A DNA stretch of 64,000 bases from Escherichia phage SF, in the sequence record MH359124; one strand, given 5' to 3'. A program made the position numbers and the translations under genes. The notes beneath the pieces are model-generated. The model was given only the letters and a program-made list of their open reading frames with translations. It had not been told where the DNA came from and ran no database searches. Below are positions 23,378 to 36,300 of the stretch, piece by piece; positions within the stretch are counted from its first letter, which is position 1; each line of letters opens with the position of its first letter.

Positions 23378-24202
23378 TTATTGTTTTCTAGGACCAGGAG
23401 GGGTTGGTGGAGTCGGGATTGGAATATCATGAGTATAAGTTTGTTCAACTTCGCCATTCCAATCTTGTGCTTCAACGTCTCTCGGTTTAATTTCTGTATC
23501 AACTGATTCAAAAACGCTGGCGGCTGTTTGAAGGTCTCGTTCATTAGCATGAAAATCAAGATAAGTCGTTTTAATAAGGCCTTCTGCTGCGCCTACCGGA
23601 GGGTACATCCATCCATTTACTTCAAATGTTAATGACCACTCTAAACGTCGACGGGATAAATTATCACCGTCTATTTGTTCATCCATTGCTGCTGCCATCC
23701 ATACGACTTTAATATCCCTTTCAAATGGAATATCCTGCCCGTATTGCTCAATCATAGTCGTATTAAAATGCGGCTGAAAATATGGAATAATTTGCTCAAC
23801 GATTTGGAACATATCATCTTCATAACGAGTAAAGATGCTTAGTTCAAAAATCATTTTAATTGGTGATGGGTTGTATTGGTCTACAATATCCTTAGTCGAT
23901 TTACTCAAAAGAGAGTTATTCAATATATTCGTTTTAAATGTTGGGTTATAAACGAAATCTACCATTTGGAGATTTATACGTGGTAGAATAGTTTCGACTT
24001 TAGCCACATCTTCTTGTGAGTTTATAGAGGTCCATTTATTAAGTTTCATCATAAAGTGCTCTTTAGATGCGTACGTAATAGGAACTCTAATTAATTTATT
24101 GCCTGTAGACAATTGACGGTTAACTTGGATATTTGAAAACAAATCGCCCATCATTGTGATATATCGCCTGAACGACGAGTTGTAAAAATAGCCAAACATC
24201 AT
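23378..24202 (-). CDS. 15: gp15 tail sheath stabiliser / tail completion
   Basis: 274-aa ORF beginning MMFGYFYNSSFRRY (T4 gp15 MFGYFYNSSFRRY). Confidence 0.9.
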   Translation of the reverse strand: MMFGYFYNSSFRRYITMMGDLFSNIQVNRQLSTGNKLIRVPITYASKEHFMMKLNKWTSINSQEDVAKVETILPRINLQMVDFVYNPTFKTNILNNSLLSKSTKDIVDQYNPSPIKMIFELSIFTRYEDDMFQIVEQIIPYFQPHFNTTMIEQYGQDIPFERDIKVVWMAAAMDEQIDGDNLSRRRLEWSLTFEVNGWMYPPVGAAEGLIKTTYLDFHANERDLQTAASVFESVDTEIKPRDVEAQDWNGEVEQTYTHDIPIPTPPTPPGPRKQ

Positions 24203-24251
24203 TTCTCCTAACCGGCCTTTCGACCGGTGTTTGCTTTATCTTATCTATTTA

Positions 24252-25016
24252 TTAATTCATAAATCCGTCATCAAAGGGTGAATTTTGTCTACCACGGTTG
24301 TTAACTACTACATACGGCTCAACGTATTCACTTGCCTCTGAATTGATTTGCTCAACTTCAGAATATTCATCGATATTAATGTCATGGATACCGTCAAGAT
24401 TTCTAACAGGGTTAAGTTCCAAGTCACTAAATTCAGGTATATTGATACCTTCATTTTTCTGAAGCACCGGATTGATTTCTTCACCAGAGTAAATAAACTT
24501 GCCTGCAGTAATTTTACGAATCGCATTTTTACCTACTTGATAGAATGGGTCATATGGTTCAACCCAGTTAATCTCAAACAAACTATTGTCCATTGGGAAG
24601 TATATTAAATCACCTTCCTTGGGCTCCTGATTGTTGACCTGGTGTTTGAAAAGACCTGGGTTAATAGATAATGTAACTTCGTCTTGAACTTGCATTCCGA
24701 AGTTGCTGAAGAACGATTTCGCTCCTTCATAACCTTCAAATGAGTTCAGATATGCAGCAAATTTCCATGCTTTAGTAAATTTATTTTTAAGGTCCTCGCC
24801 AAAGATAAGGTCCACAGCAACATATTCACGTGGAACATAAAAACATTCAATACCGCGCATTTGTATGCTTTCTGCCACTAGAACATCGGCTAATGTCTGA
24901 CTATTCTCATAGTTATTAAAATTGACAAATGGATTGAGGATTTCGGTCTCATTTGTCTGAGAATACCCACCACGATTTTCTAGTTTGGCGAAAAGATTTT
25001 TATCATAAGTTGCCAT
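24252..25016 (-). CDS. 14: gp14 neck protein
   Basis: 254-aa ORF; size and synteny. Confidence 0.9.
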   Translation of the reverse strand: MATYDKNLFAKLENRGGYSQTNETEILNPFVNFNNYENSQTLADVLVAESIQMRGIECFYVPREYVAVDLIFGEDLKNKFTKAWKFAAYLNSFEGYEGAKSFFSNFGMQVQDEVTLSINPGLFKHQVNNQEPKEGDLIYFPMDNSLFEINWVEPYDPFYQVGKNAIRKITAGKFIYSGEEINPVLQKNEGINIPEFSDLELNPVRNLDGIHDINIDEYSEVEQINSEASEYVEPYVVVNNRGRQNSPFDDGFMN

Positions 25017-25017
25017 A

Positions 25018-25944
25018 TTAACCTACCAAAATACCAGCAGGAGGGTCCAGTAAATATAACTCTTCTCGTAAAGCTTCTTTCTCTAAACGAGCTTCATCAA
25101 TTAATCGAACGCCATCAACAGTGACGCCACCCGGTAACATCATACCTTGATGTTTAGCAAGAATTTGCCCATTAAGCTCTTTAGCTAATGCAGTTGCATA
25201 ATCTTTAACCCAGCGGTTGTTATATGCGCCTTGTTTAGTTGCAGGATCTTCACCAACTCGACGTCCGACCAAATTATGGTCTGGATTATCATAACGTTCA
25301 GAAATAGACCATGAATCACGAGGACCGACCTGTCCATAACCTACTGTATTTCCTACCATCTTATGGGTCTCAATATAAGAACGAACGTACGATTCAACAA
25401 TAATGACATCTTTCTGTCTAAAGTTACCCATTACTTTTAATTGCTCGTTTGCAGAGTTAAACCAAAAATCTGGAAGAGGAGCAATCATATCTTGAAGCAT
25501 ACCCATATAAGATACTAATTGAGAATAATACCCAAGGTCAGCGCCAAAAGCGTTCGGTCCATAGAATTTACCGCAATTACTACCCATGCCACCAGAAACA
25601 CCTGCCATTCCTAAAAGGAAATCAGTGAACCAAGGATAAGTTGCATTACCATCCATTGAAGTAATAGAGCCAACGTTTGTTCTTATAATTCTTGTTACAG
25701 CAAATACGTTAGAACCACGCATATCAAATACGCCGTGACGGTATTTTTCTTCGTCATCAACAAAAAATACATGGAAACCTTTATTCAACCCGTCAAAATG
25801 GTATTCACCATAAAGTTCTAACGCTCGTGAAATACAATCATAAATTTGATCTGTAGTTAATTCAACATTTACAATAGGAGCGCCTAAACGACGTAATATT
25901 ACATCCTTTAATTCTTTAGGGTTTTGTGCATTATAACCTGACAT
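25018..25944 (-). CDS. 13: gp13 neck protein
   Basis: 308-aa ORF; size and synteny. Confidence 0.9.
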   Translation of the reverse strand: MSGYNAQNPKELKDVILRRLGAPIVNVELTTDQIYDCISRALELYGEYHFDGLNKGFHVFFVDDEEKYRHGVFDMRGSNVFAVTRIIRTNVGSITSMDGNATYPWFTDFLLGMAGVSGGMGSNCGKFYGPNAFGADLGYYSQLVSYMGMLQDMIAPLPDFWFNSANEQLKVMGNFRQKDVIIVESYVRSYIETHKMVGNTVGYGQVGPRDSWSISERYDNPDHNLVGRRVGEDPATKQGAYNNRWVKDYATALAKELNGQILAKHQGMMLPGGVTVDGVRLIDEARLEKEALREELYLLDPPAGILVG

Positions 25945-25955
25945 ATAAATCCTTT

Positions 25956-25971
25956 AGGGCCCGAAGGCCCT
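25956..25971 (-). terminator. hairpin AGGGCC-cgaa-GGCCCT downstream of wac
   Basis: Perfect 6-bp stem with tetraloop. Confidence 0.45.
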
Positions 25972-25976
25972 TTTCA

Positions 25977-27419
25977 TTAAGCTGTAGGAAGTTCAACCCA
26001 TGCACCATCTTTACGAACATAGAATTTACCGTCTGAAGGAGCATCTTCGATATATCCAGCGTCCTTAAGAGTTTGGATTTCAGCTTCTGCAGCGGCCAAA
26101 TCAGTTTCAAGAGTAGCAATTCTAGAAGTTAAACCATTAATTGTCGTATCATGGTTTTTAACTGTTGGCAATATACCACGTTCTTCAACAGTCGAACCAT
26201 TTGGGTTGGTGCCGCTTATAAGTTTATTTAAACTAGTCACTTGTCCTTTAATACCGGACGAATTAGTTCCCAATTCGGTTTGAACGTTTTGAATGTTATT
26301 GCCTAGGTCAGTAACATCAGTTTCAAGAATACGAGTCCTATATAAAAGTGAACCAGCCGGTTCAGGTTGTCCACCATTTGAATCAACGCCAACCACCTGA
26401 TTAAGCCATGCTACGTTAAAACGTAAACCACTAGAAGAATCAACACCTAAAACTGTGTTAATACCTGAAATGGAATCGGTATTTAATTTGATCTTACCCT
26501 GAAGAGTAGTTGGTAAATCTGGAGAGCCTATAGTAGTTTCTAACGTTGTCAAACGTGGTTTAATACCGCCAGGCGAGTTAATGTCTGAATTTATTGTTGA
26601 TATAGAAAGACGATTGGCCTCGACTTGAGTTTTAATAGCGGTTGAATTAGGATATCCAACAAAATCTTTTAATGCCGCAATATCTCTGGTTTGGATAGAA
26701 ATGGATGAATCAATACCAGATAAACGAGTGTAAACCGGTACTGTTAACGATGGTCTAGGACCTATTTCTTGACGGAGGTTTTCAACTTCAGTTGTCAGAG
26801 CCCCAACATCAGAATCGGCAAATTTATTTTCTAACTCGGTTAAACGAACGCCTTGGTCAACCAACACTGAACTGTTAGTAATAATACGTCGTTTCATCCC
26901 GGTGCTTTCATTACCTTCGGTTGGGACACCATTAATATCTTGTCCAGTATATTGCCCTAATTCGGTTTTAATCCAAAGAAGGTCGTTACGCACCGTACGA
27001 TACACCGAATCTGTTTCTGGATTAACTACTCCGATATTAGCAATAGTATCATCTAGTTTTTCTTCAGTGTTTAAAATATCAACACCGTGTGAATTTACAG
27101 TGTGTTTTAATACTTCAATATCATCAGTGTTATTTCCAATTTGTGCTAAAGCATCTACGTCACCAGAAACATCCAAGATACTTTTAATTGTGACAATATC
27201 GGCATTAGCGGTATCTAAAGATTCTGCGATAGTCTTAACGTTATCGTTAATTGTTTCTACATTTCGTTGAACTTCTGATATTGGACGGTTCATTACTCCT
27301 TCAGAACCGTATAACGTATCAGCGCCAGTTATTTCTTCTGAATTTTTAATCCAGTTTAAACGTTTTTGACCCTCATCAGGAGGGCCATCAACATATGGTA
27401 GACTTTTTAATTCGATCAT
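25977..27419 (-). CDS. wac: fibritin (whisker antigen control)
   Basis: 480-aa coiled-coil ORF with C-terminal foldon-like GYIEDAPSDGKFYVRKDGAWVELPTA. Confidence 0.92.
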   Translation of the reverse strand: MIELKSLPYVDGPPDEGQKRLNWIKNSEEITGADTLYGSEGVMNRPISEVQRNVETINDNVKTIAESLDTANADIVTIKSILDVSGDVDALAQIGNNTDDIEVLKHTVNSHGVDILNTEEKLDDTIANIGVVNPETDSVYRTVRNDLLWIKTELGQYTGQDINGVPTEGNESTGMKRRIITNSSVLVDQGVRLTELENKFADSDVGALTTEVENLRQEIGPRPSLTVPVYTRLSGIDSSISIQTRDIAALKDFVGYPNSTAIKTQVEANRLSISTINSDINSPGGIKPRLTTLETTIGSPDLPTTLQGKIKLNTDSISGINTVLGVDSSSGLRFNVAWLNQVVGVDSNGGQPEPAGSLLYRTRILETDVTDLGNNIQNVQTELGTNSSGIKGQVTSLNKLISGTNPNGSTVEERGILPTVKNHDTTINGLTSRIATLETDLAAAEAEIQTLKDAGYIEDAPSDGKFYVRKDGAWVELPTA

Positions 27420-27428
27420 TTTTTACCC

Positions 27429-28979
27429 TTAGTAATGGACTTTAATAATATAATTTAAAGATATATTCCATGGTCTAGTTTCATAACCAATTAATCCTTC
27501 ACGATTAAGTGTACCAAGGGCATCTCTCGGTCCACCTAATTCGAAGCCGTCATTTGTGAAATATGATGCGTTATCCCAATCAGAGTATTTTCTAGTACCC
27601 AAATAACCTTGATATACGGATGCTCCGAATGGTGCCTCATGACGTTGATATTCGCCCCATCCACCTGCGTGTTTATGATATGACATTTGCTGTGCTTGGA
27701 CACCGCCAACATGCATTCCGTCACATCCTACACCAAGTCTATCCTTCCCATAGCCATCTTGTCCTCGTTGATTTAAAATATGGCTGCCTGTGCCAGCTCC
27801 TCTAACAAAAAGACCGCGCATGTCTGGAATTCCAGGATTATTCCAATCACCGCCAAATCTTGTTCCAACCACATTTCGATAGTCCGGAAATTGGTCTCCA
27901 GAAATGGTCCCACCATGACATAAAACCCAACCTGGAGGAGCGCTATCACCTGCGAACATTTGAATTGTTCCAACAGGAACACGTTCAGATGCATATCTCT
28001 CTGTTGCAACTGGCTGGTCACCGTTTTTCCACATTCCGCCACGCGACCAAATTCCATTTGCTGTGAGGTGATCTAAATTTAAAGAACCATTAATAGTTTG
28101 TCCACCGCGTGTATTAATTACATCTGCGTTCCATGCTAATGCTCCGGAGCTATCGCCTTCTGGTGCAACACCGGCCTGCGTCGTTAATTTTACGACTCCA
28201 CGCATAGAACCGGTAGCTCCTCTACCATTTAGCGTTTCACCTGTTACAGCAACATCTCCCAAATTACTATTAATTTCCGCTTGTGTTCCTAGACGTATAA
28301 CACCTTTATATTCTTGTGTTGCAACAGAATTCATAAAGGTATACGGGGAAATTGAATATCCTTCGCGAAGAGTTCCTTGACGTGTTTGAGCCACCGTAGC
28401 TAAACGCACAACACCTGTAATAGATTCTGAAGCCGGGTCGTTATTAGGAGCTATTTGAGAAATTAATTTTATTGCTAATTGCTGCGTTTTAAGCGGAGTC
28501 ATTGCTGTGGTGTCATCAGACCCGGCAAGTGCAGCGGTTTGAGTTGCAATTTTAATAACACCGTTAGTTGTTTCTGTTGAATAACGAGTAGAGAACGTGT
28601 TATCAATAGTTTGGTCTAATTTAAGCGGAGTAATAGAAACAGTGTCTAAAGTGCCAGCAATGGCCTCCTCTTGTGTTGCATATTTAGTTACGCCGTACTG
28701 TGTTTCTGACGCGTTCGGATACTGAAGTCTTGCATTTAATGTGGCGGGTGTAACAACCTTAGTACTATTAAAACCGTCAAGAACTTCTTGTTCCGTCGCT
28801 AATTGAATTACGCCTTTTTCTGTTTCACTTGCGTCCGGAACACCTTTAACACCATATGCGCTAATTGAGGCTAAGGCCGTCTGGACATTGGTTACTGAAC
28901 TATCAAAATTTGACCCGGTAGGGTCAAATTCAACATATACAGATTCGTTCGAAACGTGTTGATATGTATTGTTACTCAT
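27429..28979 (-). CDS. 12: gp12 short tail fibre
   Basis: 516-aa ORF; size and synteny between gp11 and wac. Confidence 0.9.
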   Translation of the reverse strand: MSNNTYQHVSNESVYVEFDPTGSNFDSSVTNVQTALASISAYGVKGVPDASETEKGVIQLATEQEVLDGFNSTKVVTPATLNARLQYPNASETQYGVTKYATQEEAIAGTLDTVSITPLKLDQTIDNTFSTRYSTETTNGVIKIATQTAALAGSDDTTAMTPLKTQQLAIKLISQIAPNNDPASESITGVVRLATVAQTRQGTLREGYSISPYTFMNSVATQEYKGVIRLGTQAEINSNLGDVAVTGETLNGRGATGSMRGVVKLTTQAGVAPEGDSSGALAWNADVINTRGGQTINGSLNLDHLTANGIWSRGGMWKNGDQPVATERYASERVPVGTIQMFAGDSAPPGWVLCHGGTISGDQFPDYRNVVGTRFGGDWNNPGIPDMRGLFVRGAGTGSHILNQRGQDGYGKDRLGVGCDGMHVGGVQAQQMSYHKHAGGWGEYQRHEAPFGASVYQGYLGTRKYSDWDNASYFTNDGFELGGPRDALGTLNREGLIGYETRPWNISLNYIIKVHY

Positions 28980-29635
28980 GCGGTTCTCACAAAATAATAA
29001 AAGGTTGTAGGTGAAGTATGGTTGTCAAGAGTAAGGGTTTGCGCACCTAGTAAATTCCAAGTGCCGTACCCGGACTTAGCCTGAGACACTATTTCTTGAG
29101 AAACCGTGATACCATAAGCGGAATACGTTGGGAGTACGTGTCTTTGGTTATCTAAATATGTTATTTGTAATTTAGTCCCATCAGTAGGGTCATCTTTATA
29201 CTCTGCAATAGCCAATTGGTCGGAAATCGCATTACGGAGAGTAGTACGTAATTGTACAACAAATTCGTCGGCTGTCATACCTACGGTAGCATTAACAGGA
29301 AGCCCGTAAACTTTTACAATAACAGGGCTTCCATCGGGTAAACTAGGGTCAGTTACACTTCCACTAAAGGACCAATAATCTACCTGTGAAGTTCCTTCAG
29401 GAGATACACCTGAGGTGTTAATTGTAACTGTTCCTACATCTGCTCTAGCAATATTATGAACATCGTTTATTGCAGATTCTACGTTATCATCGTAGAATCC
29501 TTTTGCCAATTGAGAAATAGTTACAGAACCTACGCCTTGGTTGTTTAAAATATCAATTTGAGTAGGATTTTTTCTAAATCCTAAAAAATCTGCTTCGCGG
29601 GATATTACTCCCGCTTTAGTATTAAGTATGGTCAT
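28976..29635 (-). CDS. 11: gp11 baseplate wedge / short tail fibre attachment
   Basis: Start placed at ATG 29635 ([20 protein letters not shown]), overlapping the gp10 stop. Confidence 0.88.
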   Translation of the reverse strand: MTILNTKAGVISREADFLGFRKNPTQIDILNNQGVGSVTISQLAKGFYDDNVESAINDVHNIARADVGTVTINTSGVSPEGTSQVDYWSFSGSVTDPSLPDGSPVIVKVYGLPVNATVGMTADEFVVQLRTTLRNAISDQLAIAEYKDDPTDGTKLQITYLDNQRHVLPTYSAYGITVSQEIVSQAKSGYGTWNLLGAQTLTLDNHTSPTTFYYFVRTA

Positions 29636-31449
29636 TATGCAATCCTTACCCAACGGTATACGGTAATTGACGGTTGAATATTATTTACGGCTTGAGGCGG
29701 TATGTGTGTACTATTCGTTGTGGCGTGGCCTTCACGGTATTTGGTGTATATAGGACCTTCTGCATCAGGGTCGTATTGACATCCACCAATAATAATTGTA
29801 CCGTTCTCATCGGAAATAAGAACTTTCTCGTCAGTTTGAGTAGGAGGTAAATCAGAATTAGTTAGTGTGTTAGACGTTGTTCCGACTGTTCCACCGGCTG
29901 TATGTGTAGGATTCCCGCTAGAATCAAGGTCGTTATTATTTAATGCAAAATTAGGATCGCTAATATCGTCGTTCCATCCAACTAATACTTTTCCTTGTCC
30001 CCATAATTTCCAAGAACCAAATCCTAAATACGTGGCTGGGTTATTAGGGTTCACTGCATTTTCGTAAATAGTACCGACAGGGTAAATAGTGTTAAAAATA
30101 TTTGCAATAGATGAGAATTCCCTGCTATATGCCGGAACAGATTCTACATTAGGCCATCCGATATTATTGAAATCGGTCAAAGCCACATCGCCGGTCACAT
30201 TTACGGTTGCACCTTGTGCGACATACTTTTCATCAGTTGTATCTAAAATGTCATCGATACTTAATAAAGTGCCTAAATCGTTATTAAACCATGTAATATC
30301 AATAATGTCTTGGTCTTCAAACTTACGGTCAAAGACTAAAGCACGTGCAATAGTTGCATCGTTATCATCATATTCAATAGAATAATCGGTGTTAGATGTA
30401 ACCCAAGTCCCACCTAAAGCTGAACACTCGGTAGAAGTTTCTGCATCAGCACCTTCACATCTGAACATAGGTAAACCAACAGTACCAGCTAATTCTTGAA
30501 GAATACCATTAAAACGAACTTCTAAAGAATTGGTATTGACCGGTTCTGAAGGATTAACTCCAAATGCCGAAAAAGGAATAGATTTCAAAGTTGACAAATC
30601 AGCGACATATACACTTCCTTCTAAGGAAGGACGGGTTGTTAATTTCGAATCTAAAATACGTATTTGGCGGCGAGAATAAGAACTGCGTAATTGTGTAATC
30701 CCATCCAAAAAGGTTTCAATTTGTACGGTGTCGCCAATATTACATGGTTGTCTTAAACGGATGTTTTTACCATCTAACGCAACGATTTCTCCAGGATTAG
30801 CTCCTGGAGAACCAAAGTCACTATTGTCACTGAACGCATCGCCGTAGTATAATTCGTTACCACGATGTTTTACACGGATATTATTCACATTATAAGAAAC
30901 AGACCCAAATACATCAAGAAAATCAGTTTGACCTTGAACTTCGACTAAAAATTCTTTACGAGCTACACTACTAATATCAGAACTAGTAATTTTGTCTATT
31001 TGTTTATTTTTAACGTATTCCCAGCGCCCAGGAGAACAGTAAACTAATTCTAAGTCTGAAAACTGCACATTGATTTCTACTGGGCTAGAAGAACCTTTAA
31101 TAGTATCACCACTGGCAGCAATTAATGTTACAGGGTTAATATTCCATGTGGCGAATACATCACGGGCTCTAATTACTTTATTATAATCTTCCACTGTTCC
31201 TTTAGGTAAATTTATAGAAACACGCCCTGTTGAAGTATCAATTGCGTATGATTTACCCCATTCAGCAGCTAAATTAAGTCCATCTGAAGAATGGTATGTT
31301 TTCCAGGCACCAGCGGAATACGGAACTTCGCCATCGCCTAATTCATAATACAACTCATCAAAGTTTTCATTAATTTTTGCACCACCACGACGAAGGTAAT
31401 CGCCTTGTCCGTCATCAACGAAGTTCCCAATTTTAATATTTTGTTTCAT
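29635..31449 (-). CDS. 10: gp10 baseplate wedge subunit
   Basis: 604-aa ORF (T4 gp10 is 602 aa). Confidence 0.9.
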   Translation of the reverse strand: MKQNIKIGNFVDDGQGDYLRRGGAKINENFDELYYELGDGEVPYSAGAWKTYHSSDGLNLAAEWGKSYAIDTSTGRVSINLPKGTVEDYNKVIRARDVFATWNINPVTLIAASGDTIKGSSSPVEINVQFSDLELVYCSPGRWEYVKNKQIDKITSSDISSVARKEFLVEVQGQTDFLDVFGSVSYNVNNIRVKHRGNELYYGDAFSDNSDFGSPGANPGEIVALDGKNIRLRQPCNIGDTVQIETFLDGITQLRSSYSRRQIRILDSKLTTRPSLEGSVYVADLSTLKSIPFSAFGVNPSEPVNTNSLEVRFNGILQELAGTVGLPMFRCEGADAETSTECSALGGTWVTSNTDYSIEYDDNDATIARALVFDRKFEDQDIIDITWFNNDLGTLLSIDDILDTTDEKYVAQGATVNVTGDVALTDFNNIGWPNVESVPAYSREFSSIANIFNTIYPVGTIYENAVNPNNPATYLGFGSWKLWGQGKVLVGWNDDISDPNFALNNNDLDSSGNPTHTAGGTVGTTSNTLTNSDLPPTQTDEKVLISDENGTIIIGGCQYDPDAEGPIYTKYREGHATTNSTHIPPQAVNNIQPSITVYRWVRIA

Positions 31450-32312
31450 TATTGAGCGACCCTAATTTTCTGAGTTGAAATAACTTTAGCTGCCACTCGA
31501 AGACCATTTATATGTGAAGAAACTGTCATAGTGGCAAAATTGTTAATTATCGAAAAACTAATATTCGCAATTTCATCTTCTTCGTTATCATTACCAACGC
31601 GCATCACTGCGTATTCGGTTGAAATAACTCTTGAATTAATTGTATCTATTAGAATATTTATTTCGCATGATTTAATTTTTCTGCCGTTGGCAGATTGGCA
31701 TGTAACCAAAAGTTTAGCAGCATTATATTCAGTTTTATAAAATAGAGGAATATTGACATAGTCTGAAATAATATTCCATGTCCCGTCTACAGGAATTTCG
31801 GTATGACTAAACATACTTTCTGTAGAATAATCCCATATTGAACCGCCTACACCAGAAGAAATACAACGAAGAGTAACTTTAGTATAAGGTGTAGTTATAA
31901 CTAAATTACCTGCAACACCTTTAATAGAATCTAATGCTTGGATACTTAATGGGTTGTTTACAGAAATTGACCCGTTTGAATTTATAAATTCCACGGAATC
32001 GCCGAGTTCACCTCTAGCAACAGTAACAATAACACCACCGGTAGAAGCATCTATGTCATGTCTACTTCCTACTGGAACAGGGGTGAAATAATCAGTAGGG
32101 CCTCCTTTTTGGTAGTATCCAGTGGCATGGATTATTTGTCCATTTGGTCCTGTCCCATTAGCAGTTGCCATTTTTCGTTGGTCACCAAACGCATTGTAAA
32201 TAGCATTTATATCATTGTTTATTTTAACACCGCCGTCAAAAAGGATATCGCCTGTAGAAGCGTTACCAATTTCGCCAACGTCAATCAATTGTTTTGGAGT
32301 TTGAATATACAT
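31449..32312 (-). CDS. 9: gp9 baseplate wedge / long tail fibre socket
   Basis: 287-aa ORF (T4 gp9 is 288 aa); late promoter upstream. Confidence 0.9.
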   Translation of the reverse strand: MYIQTPKQLIDVGEIGNASTGDILFDGGVKINNDINAIYNAFGDQRKMATANGTGPNGQIIHATGYYQKGGPTDYFTPVPVGSRHDIDASTGGVIVTVARGELGDSVEFINSNGSISVNNPLSIQALDSIKGVAGNLVITTPYTKVTLRCISSGVGGSIWDYSTESMFSHTEIPVDGTWNIISDYVNIPLFYKTEYNAAKLLVTCQSANGRKIKSCEINILIDTINSRVISTEYAVMRVGNDNEEDEIANISFSIINNFATMTVSSHINGLRVAAKVISTQKIRVAQ

Positions 32313-32337
32313 GTGGCTAATCCTTAATAGTTTATAC

Positions 32338-32345
32338 TATTTATA
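32338..32345 (-). promoter_or_regulatory. late promoter TATAAATA for gp9
   Basis: TATTTATA 26 nt upstream of the gp9 start. Confidence 0.65.
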
Positions 32346-32352
32346 CACGAAA

Positions 32353-32370
32353 GGGAGACCGAAGTCTCCC
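32353..32370 (-). terminator. hairpin GGGAGAC-cgaa-GTCTCCC downstream of gp8
   Basis: Identical to the hairpin at 13012..13029. Confidence 0.5.
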
Positions 32371-32374
32371 TAAA

Positions 32375-33379
32375 TTAGAACATAAACAAAATATTGATCT
32401 CTTCGGTTTGGTCCATTGCCATAATAATAGGTGGACGGTTTTCCATATAAATCATTTCACCAGAATGACGCTGTAAATCTCTGGGGTCATAATAATCCTT
32501 TTCAGCCTTTATATTAGGGTCATTAGGACGGAGTTTAGCTTCCAAGGGGTTTGTGATAATAGAAATTTGTCTAAATCCTTTATTACCAGGCAGTGCTGCA
32601 TTAGGGAAATAAACTGAGTCTAAATAGGCTTTAAAACGAATTATGTTTGCTTTAACTCTATACACAAGGCCAAAATCATCTTGTTGCCAGGTTAGATTGT
32701 TTTCATATCCCCAACGAGCAGGGTCTTCTTTAACTTCTTCCGGCCATGGAACGACTATATATTCATTAGTACATCGGTTTATAGACACATCAGGTGGAAT
32801 CTCATAAAGATACTCCCATATATATCCGTCACCAACTTCGATAATCCCTTCAGCATCTCCACGGCCTTCAGGAGGGGTTAAAGACCTAACAGACGGAGTC
32901 CATTTACCACCTAATTTAAGACATTCTTCTTTGTTGTCGAGAGACTCAATAGAACACATCCCAACATCAGGAACATCTACGCAACGGTATACTAACCATC
33001 CGGCCCCGACTTCAGTGGCATTATATGGGGCTGTATTACATACGACTATATCATTTATTTTGAATGTATAAGGGTCTGGATAACGAATATCTCCCCAGTC
33101 ACGTCTAGGAATAACCGAGTCTAACATAGATGGGATAACTTTAACTAAACCCATCATGTTAGTCCACATATCTGTTACACCTAAAACCGAGTCTGTTGGA
33201 TACGGTGGGGCGAAGCCCACCTCATTTTCATTAGCAGCCCATGGTTCAGACCGACCAAACGTTATAAAGATGGTGTTTTTATTATCACCATCACCTATTG
33301 AATTGTAGAAATTCAACATTTTTTCAGTTCTAAATTTTGAAGTAACTATCGCACGATAGACAACACTTGAATCATTCAT
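32375..33379 (-). CDS. 8: gp8 baseplate wedge subunit
   Basis: 334-aa ORF (T4 gp8 is 334 aa). Confidence 0.9.
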   Translation of the reverse strand: MNDSSVVYRAIVTSKFRTEKMLNFYNSIGDGDNKNTIFITFGRSEPWAANENEVGFAPPYPTDSVLGVTDMWTNMMGLVKVIPSMLDSVIPRRDWGDIRYPDPYTFKINDIVVCNTAPYNATEVGAGWLVYRCVDVPDVGMCSIESLDNKEECLKLGGKWTPSVRSLTPPEGRGDAEGIIEVGDGYIWEYLYEIPPDVSINRCTNEYIVVPWPEEVKEDPARWGYENNLTWQQDDFGLVYRVKANIIRFKAYLDSVYFPNAALPGNKGFRQISIITNPLEAKLRPNDPNIKAEKDYYDPRDLQRHSGEMIYMENRPPIIMAMDQTEEINILFMF

Positions 33380-36300
33380 CTAATTTAACCTGTGGTGGAT
33401 TAATCGGGTCTCTAGGATTTCCCACGTTATCTAACAATCTTTCATTAACAAGCTCTCTAAATCTAGAGAACGTTGTACCTGATGCATCAAATAATGGGCT
33501 CATTGGCTTGCGTCGTTCGGACGGTAATTGTCCTTGGAAAATAGAATTATCATTTTCTTCGTCATAATTTGCAGGTAAAGGGTATTCGATACCGGCATAA
33601 GGACCGGCATCATAAATTACTTCACCTGTAACAGGATTGAATTCTACATTACCTTGAGGGTCTAAACGAGCGACGCGGTCTGCATATTCCGTAGGCAGTC
33701 CGGAATCCCACTTATAATTTTTATATTTATTAATAATAGTTTCAACATGTTTAAGCGTTAATCCTGTGTTAATAAACATTGTTAATAAGGTTATTGCAAT
33801 AAATCCAAATCCTACCGGATGTACAAAACGTAGTACGTCAGATTTCCAACGAGAGGATGGAAGATTTGACTTTATTTTCATGACGTAATAAGCTCTACCA
33901 CGATTAAAATAATCAATAGTGTTTTGGGCAAGTTCTTTACCTTTAATACCGCGAACTATTTCACCTTCAAAATCTGCTAGTCTTTCGGCTTTTACTTCTT
34001 GACCGACTAAAAGCCTACCTAAAAGGTTATGAATAGTCACAGTCCATTGTAATTTACCTTTAGAATAGCTTCTTTCTAAATATGTAACATTACATCTACC
34101 TGTAGCGGTGTATATAGTTTGTCCAACCAAATCTTCACTTATAGAATCAGATTGAATTATGATATCGTACTCTGTTCCAGCAGATGACTCAATTTCCACT
34201 TCAACGTCTTCGTTATAAAGAACTTTAAACAAAAACTTATACGACGCTTCAGTTCCTTTAGTAGAATAAAAATCGTAACTTCTGGACTCAAAGAACCTAG
34301 AAACTAGATCACGTTTCTCAGCATTCAAATAAATGTTCCGTTTATAAATTTCAGACCAAAGATATTCCCATGCGTGTTCTTCTCGTGGGTATTTATTTTT
34401 AATCAAATTCAATAAGTTATTATAATGAGTCCCGTATCCATCAGAAAGATATTGAATATACGCTTCACAAAATGCTTCAAAGTTTGTATTATCCAACAGA
34501 TAAGACTCTGGCATCATTGTAGTGAGTAATGGGCGTAAATCCGGGTCAGCTAGACCTGTTTCTTCAACAGGAACCCAAGAAGTTTCTTTTTCTTGGTTTT
34601 GTAATGAGGAGGTCAAAAATACGTTAGTGGGCTTCCAAATTATAGAAACATTATCTCTAACACGATAACTAAAATCGTAATATGAAATTATTTCACCTGA
34701 TGATTTATAAAACAACATACCAGATGCGTATTTTTTAAATCCAGTGAATTCTATATTCGGCATAACAATCTTACAATCACCATCATTCCAGTATTCATGA
34801 ACTTTACGATCAGGTGAAGTGCTAGGGTGGCTTTCCACTACCTTTGTGTAAAGCAAATCAGAATAAATCACTACCGCTCTATCAGAGTTATTAATCCAAG
34901 AACGTGTGCCTGATTTTCTAGAATAACTAAAGAAAGGTTCTGCATAATACTGCATAGGAGTTGGTGAAAAAGTTTCCCAATTACTTTCTTCGTTTGATGC
35001 GAAAATCATCATATGGTAATGTTTATCTGCGAGCCATTCTCTAGGATATTCATACTTAACTGCTTCTAAAAGTCCATACTTAGATTGCGTTTCTGGGTCG
35101 TCAACAATATCAGATTCTAAAAATTTAAAATTACTAGAGGAGATATAAAGCTCAACACCATCAGTAGACATATTGGTGAAAGCCGGTTCTATACGACGGC
35201 GTTCTTCTTCGGTATTACCAAATATCCTTTTAAATGTTCCAGCGTCATGGTCTAAAACGTATACACCTTTATCAACGGAATCCAAAATAGGCTTTGTTCT
35301 TGGGTCGTCATTAACGTTTTCGACTTCACCAATAATAAGAGCGAATATTCTTCCACCAACAGAATCCATTTTATAACAAACTGCTTTAGGGTTGCCTGTT
35401 ATTGTAAACGTCTCGGGTTCAAACAACCGTTCGGAATAGGTCGGAGATAATGGATCTGAATCAATAGGAGCGTTACTGGTTTTAACGAAGCGAACTTTAT
35501 CTCTGGCCGCAATATAAACATAGTCATCATTACAAGTAATAGCTTCTGCAATACGTGATACGTTTCCTGGTAATGACGCGTATGTACCGAAAATCTCTAC
35601 ATCAAAACCTAAATTTAATCGGTCCCCGATTTTAGCAAACGTTACATCTTGTGAACTGAAACGAACATCATTAGCAGACCAACGAATATCGGATGATTTA
35701 CGCCCGTAAAAAATCTTATCATAGCCGAGCAAATACGTCGTATATTCTGATTGGTAATATACGGTTCGTGAAAGTGGATATCCTACACGGTCATTAAGCA
35801 ATTTAACCGCTTTCCATGTTTGGCCTTTATCATTAGACACTTTTACAATAGGTTGGAATCTTTCAAAAAGGTAAAGAATTCCTTCAGATTCCATTAGATA
35901 TACTCGATTTATATCTTTACATACGTCCTGGATATGCCCCTGGATTTCATGATACTGATTTTCGCCAATTATAAAATTTCTAATCGATGACACATCGGTG
36001 TATGCAGGACTAAATTGGAACGACTCGCTCATCAGCGCTGCCATGATCGTGTCATTATTAAAATCAACGTAGTTGGTATTATTTTTTGTAAATTTTTCAG
36101 AAATAAACTCATTAGCTAATTGCATTTCAATCATATGTTGGAATGTATAAGCGTTTATTTCAAATGTTTCAAACTCTTCGGTGTATCTCCAATCAGACTG
36201 CTCAAATCCCTCCGCTGCTGTAGCCACACGCATCATATATGTTGTTAATGAATTTAAACCAGACTCAAAGAAATTGTTATCAGCGGTATATCCTAAATTA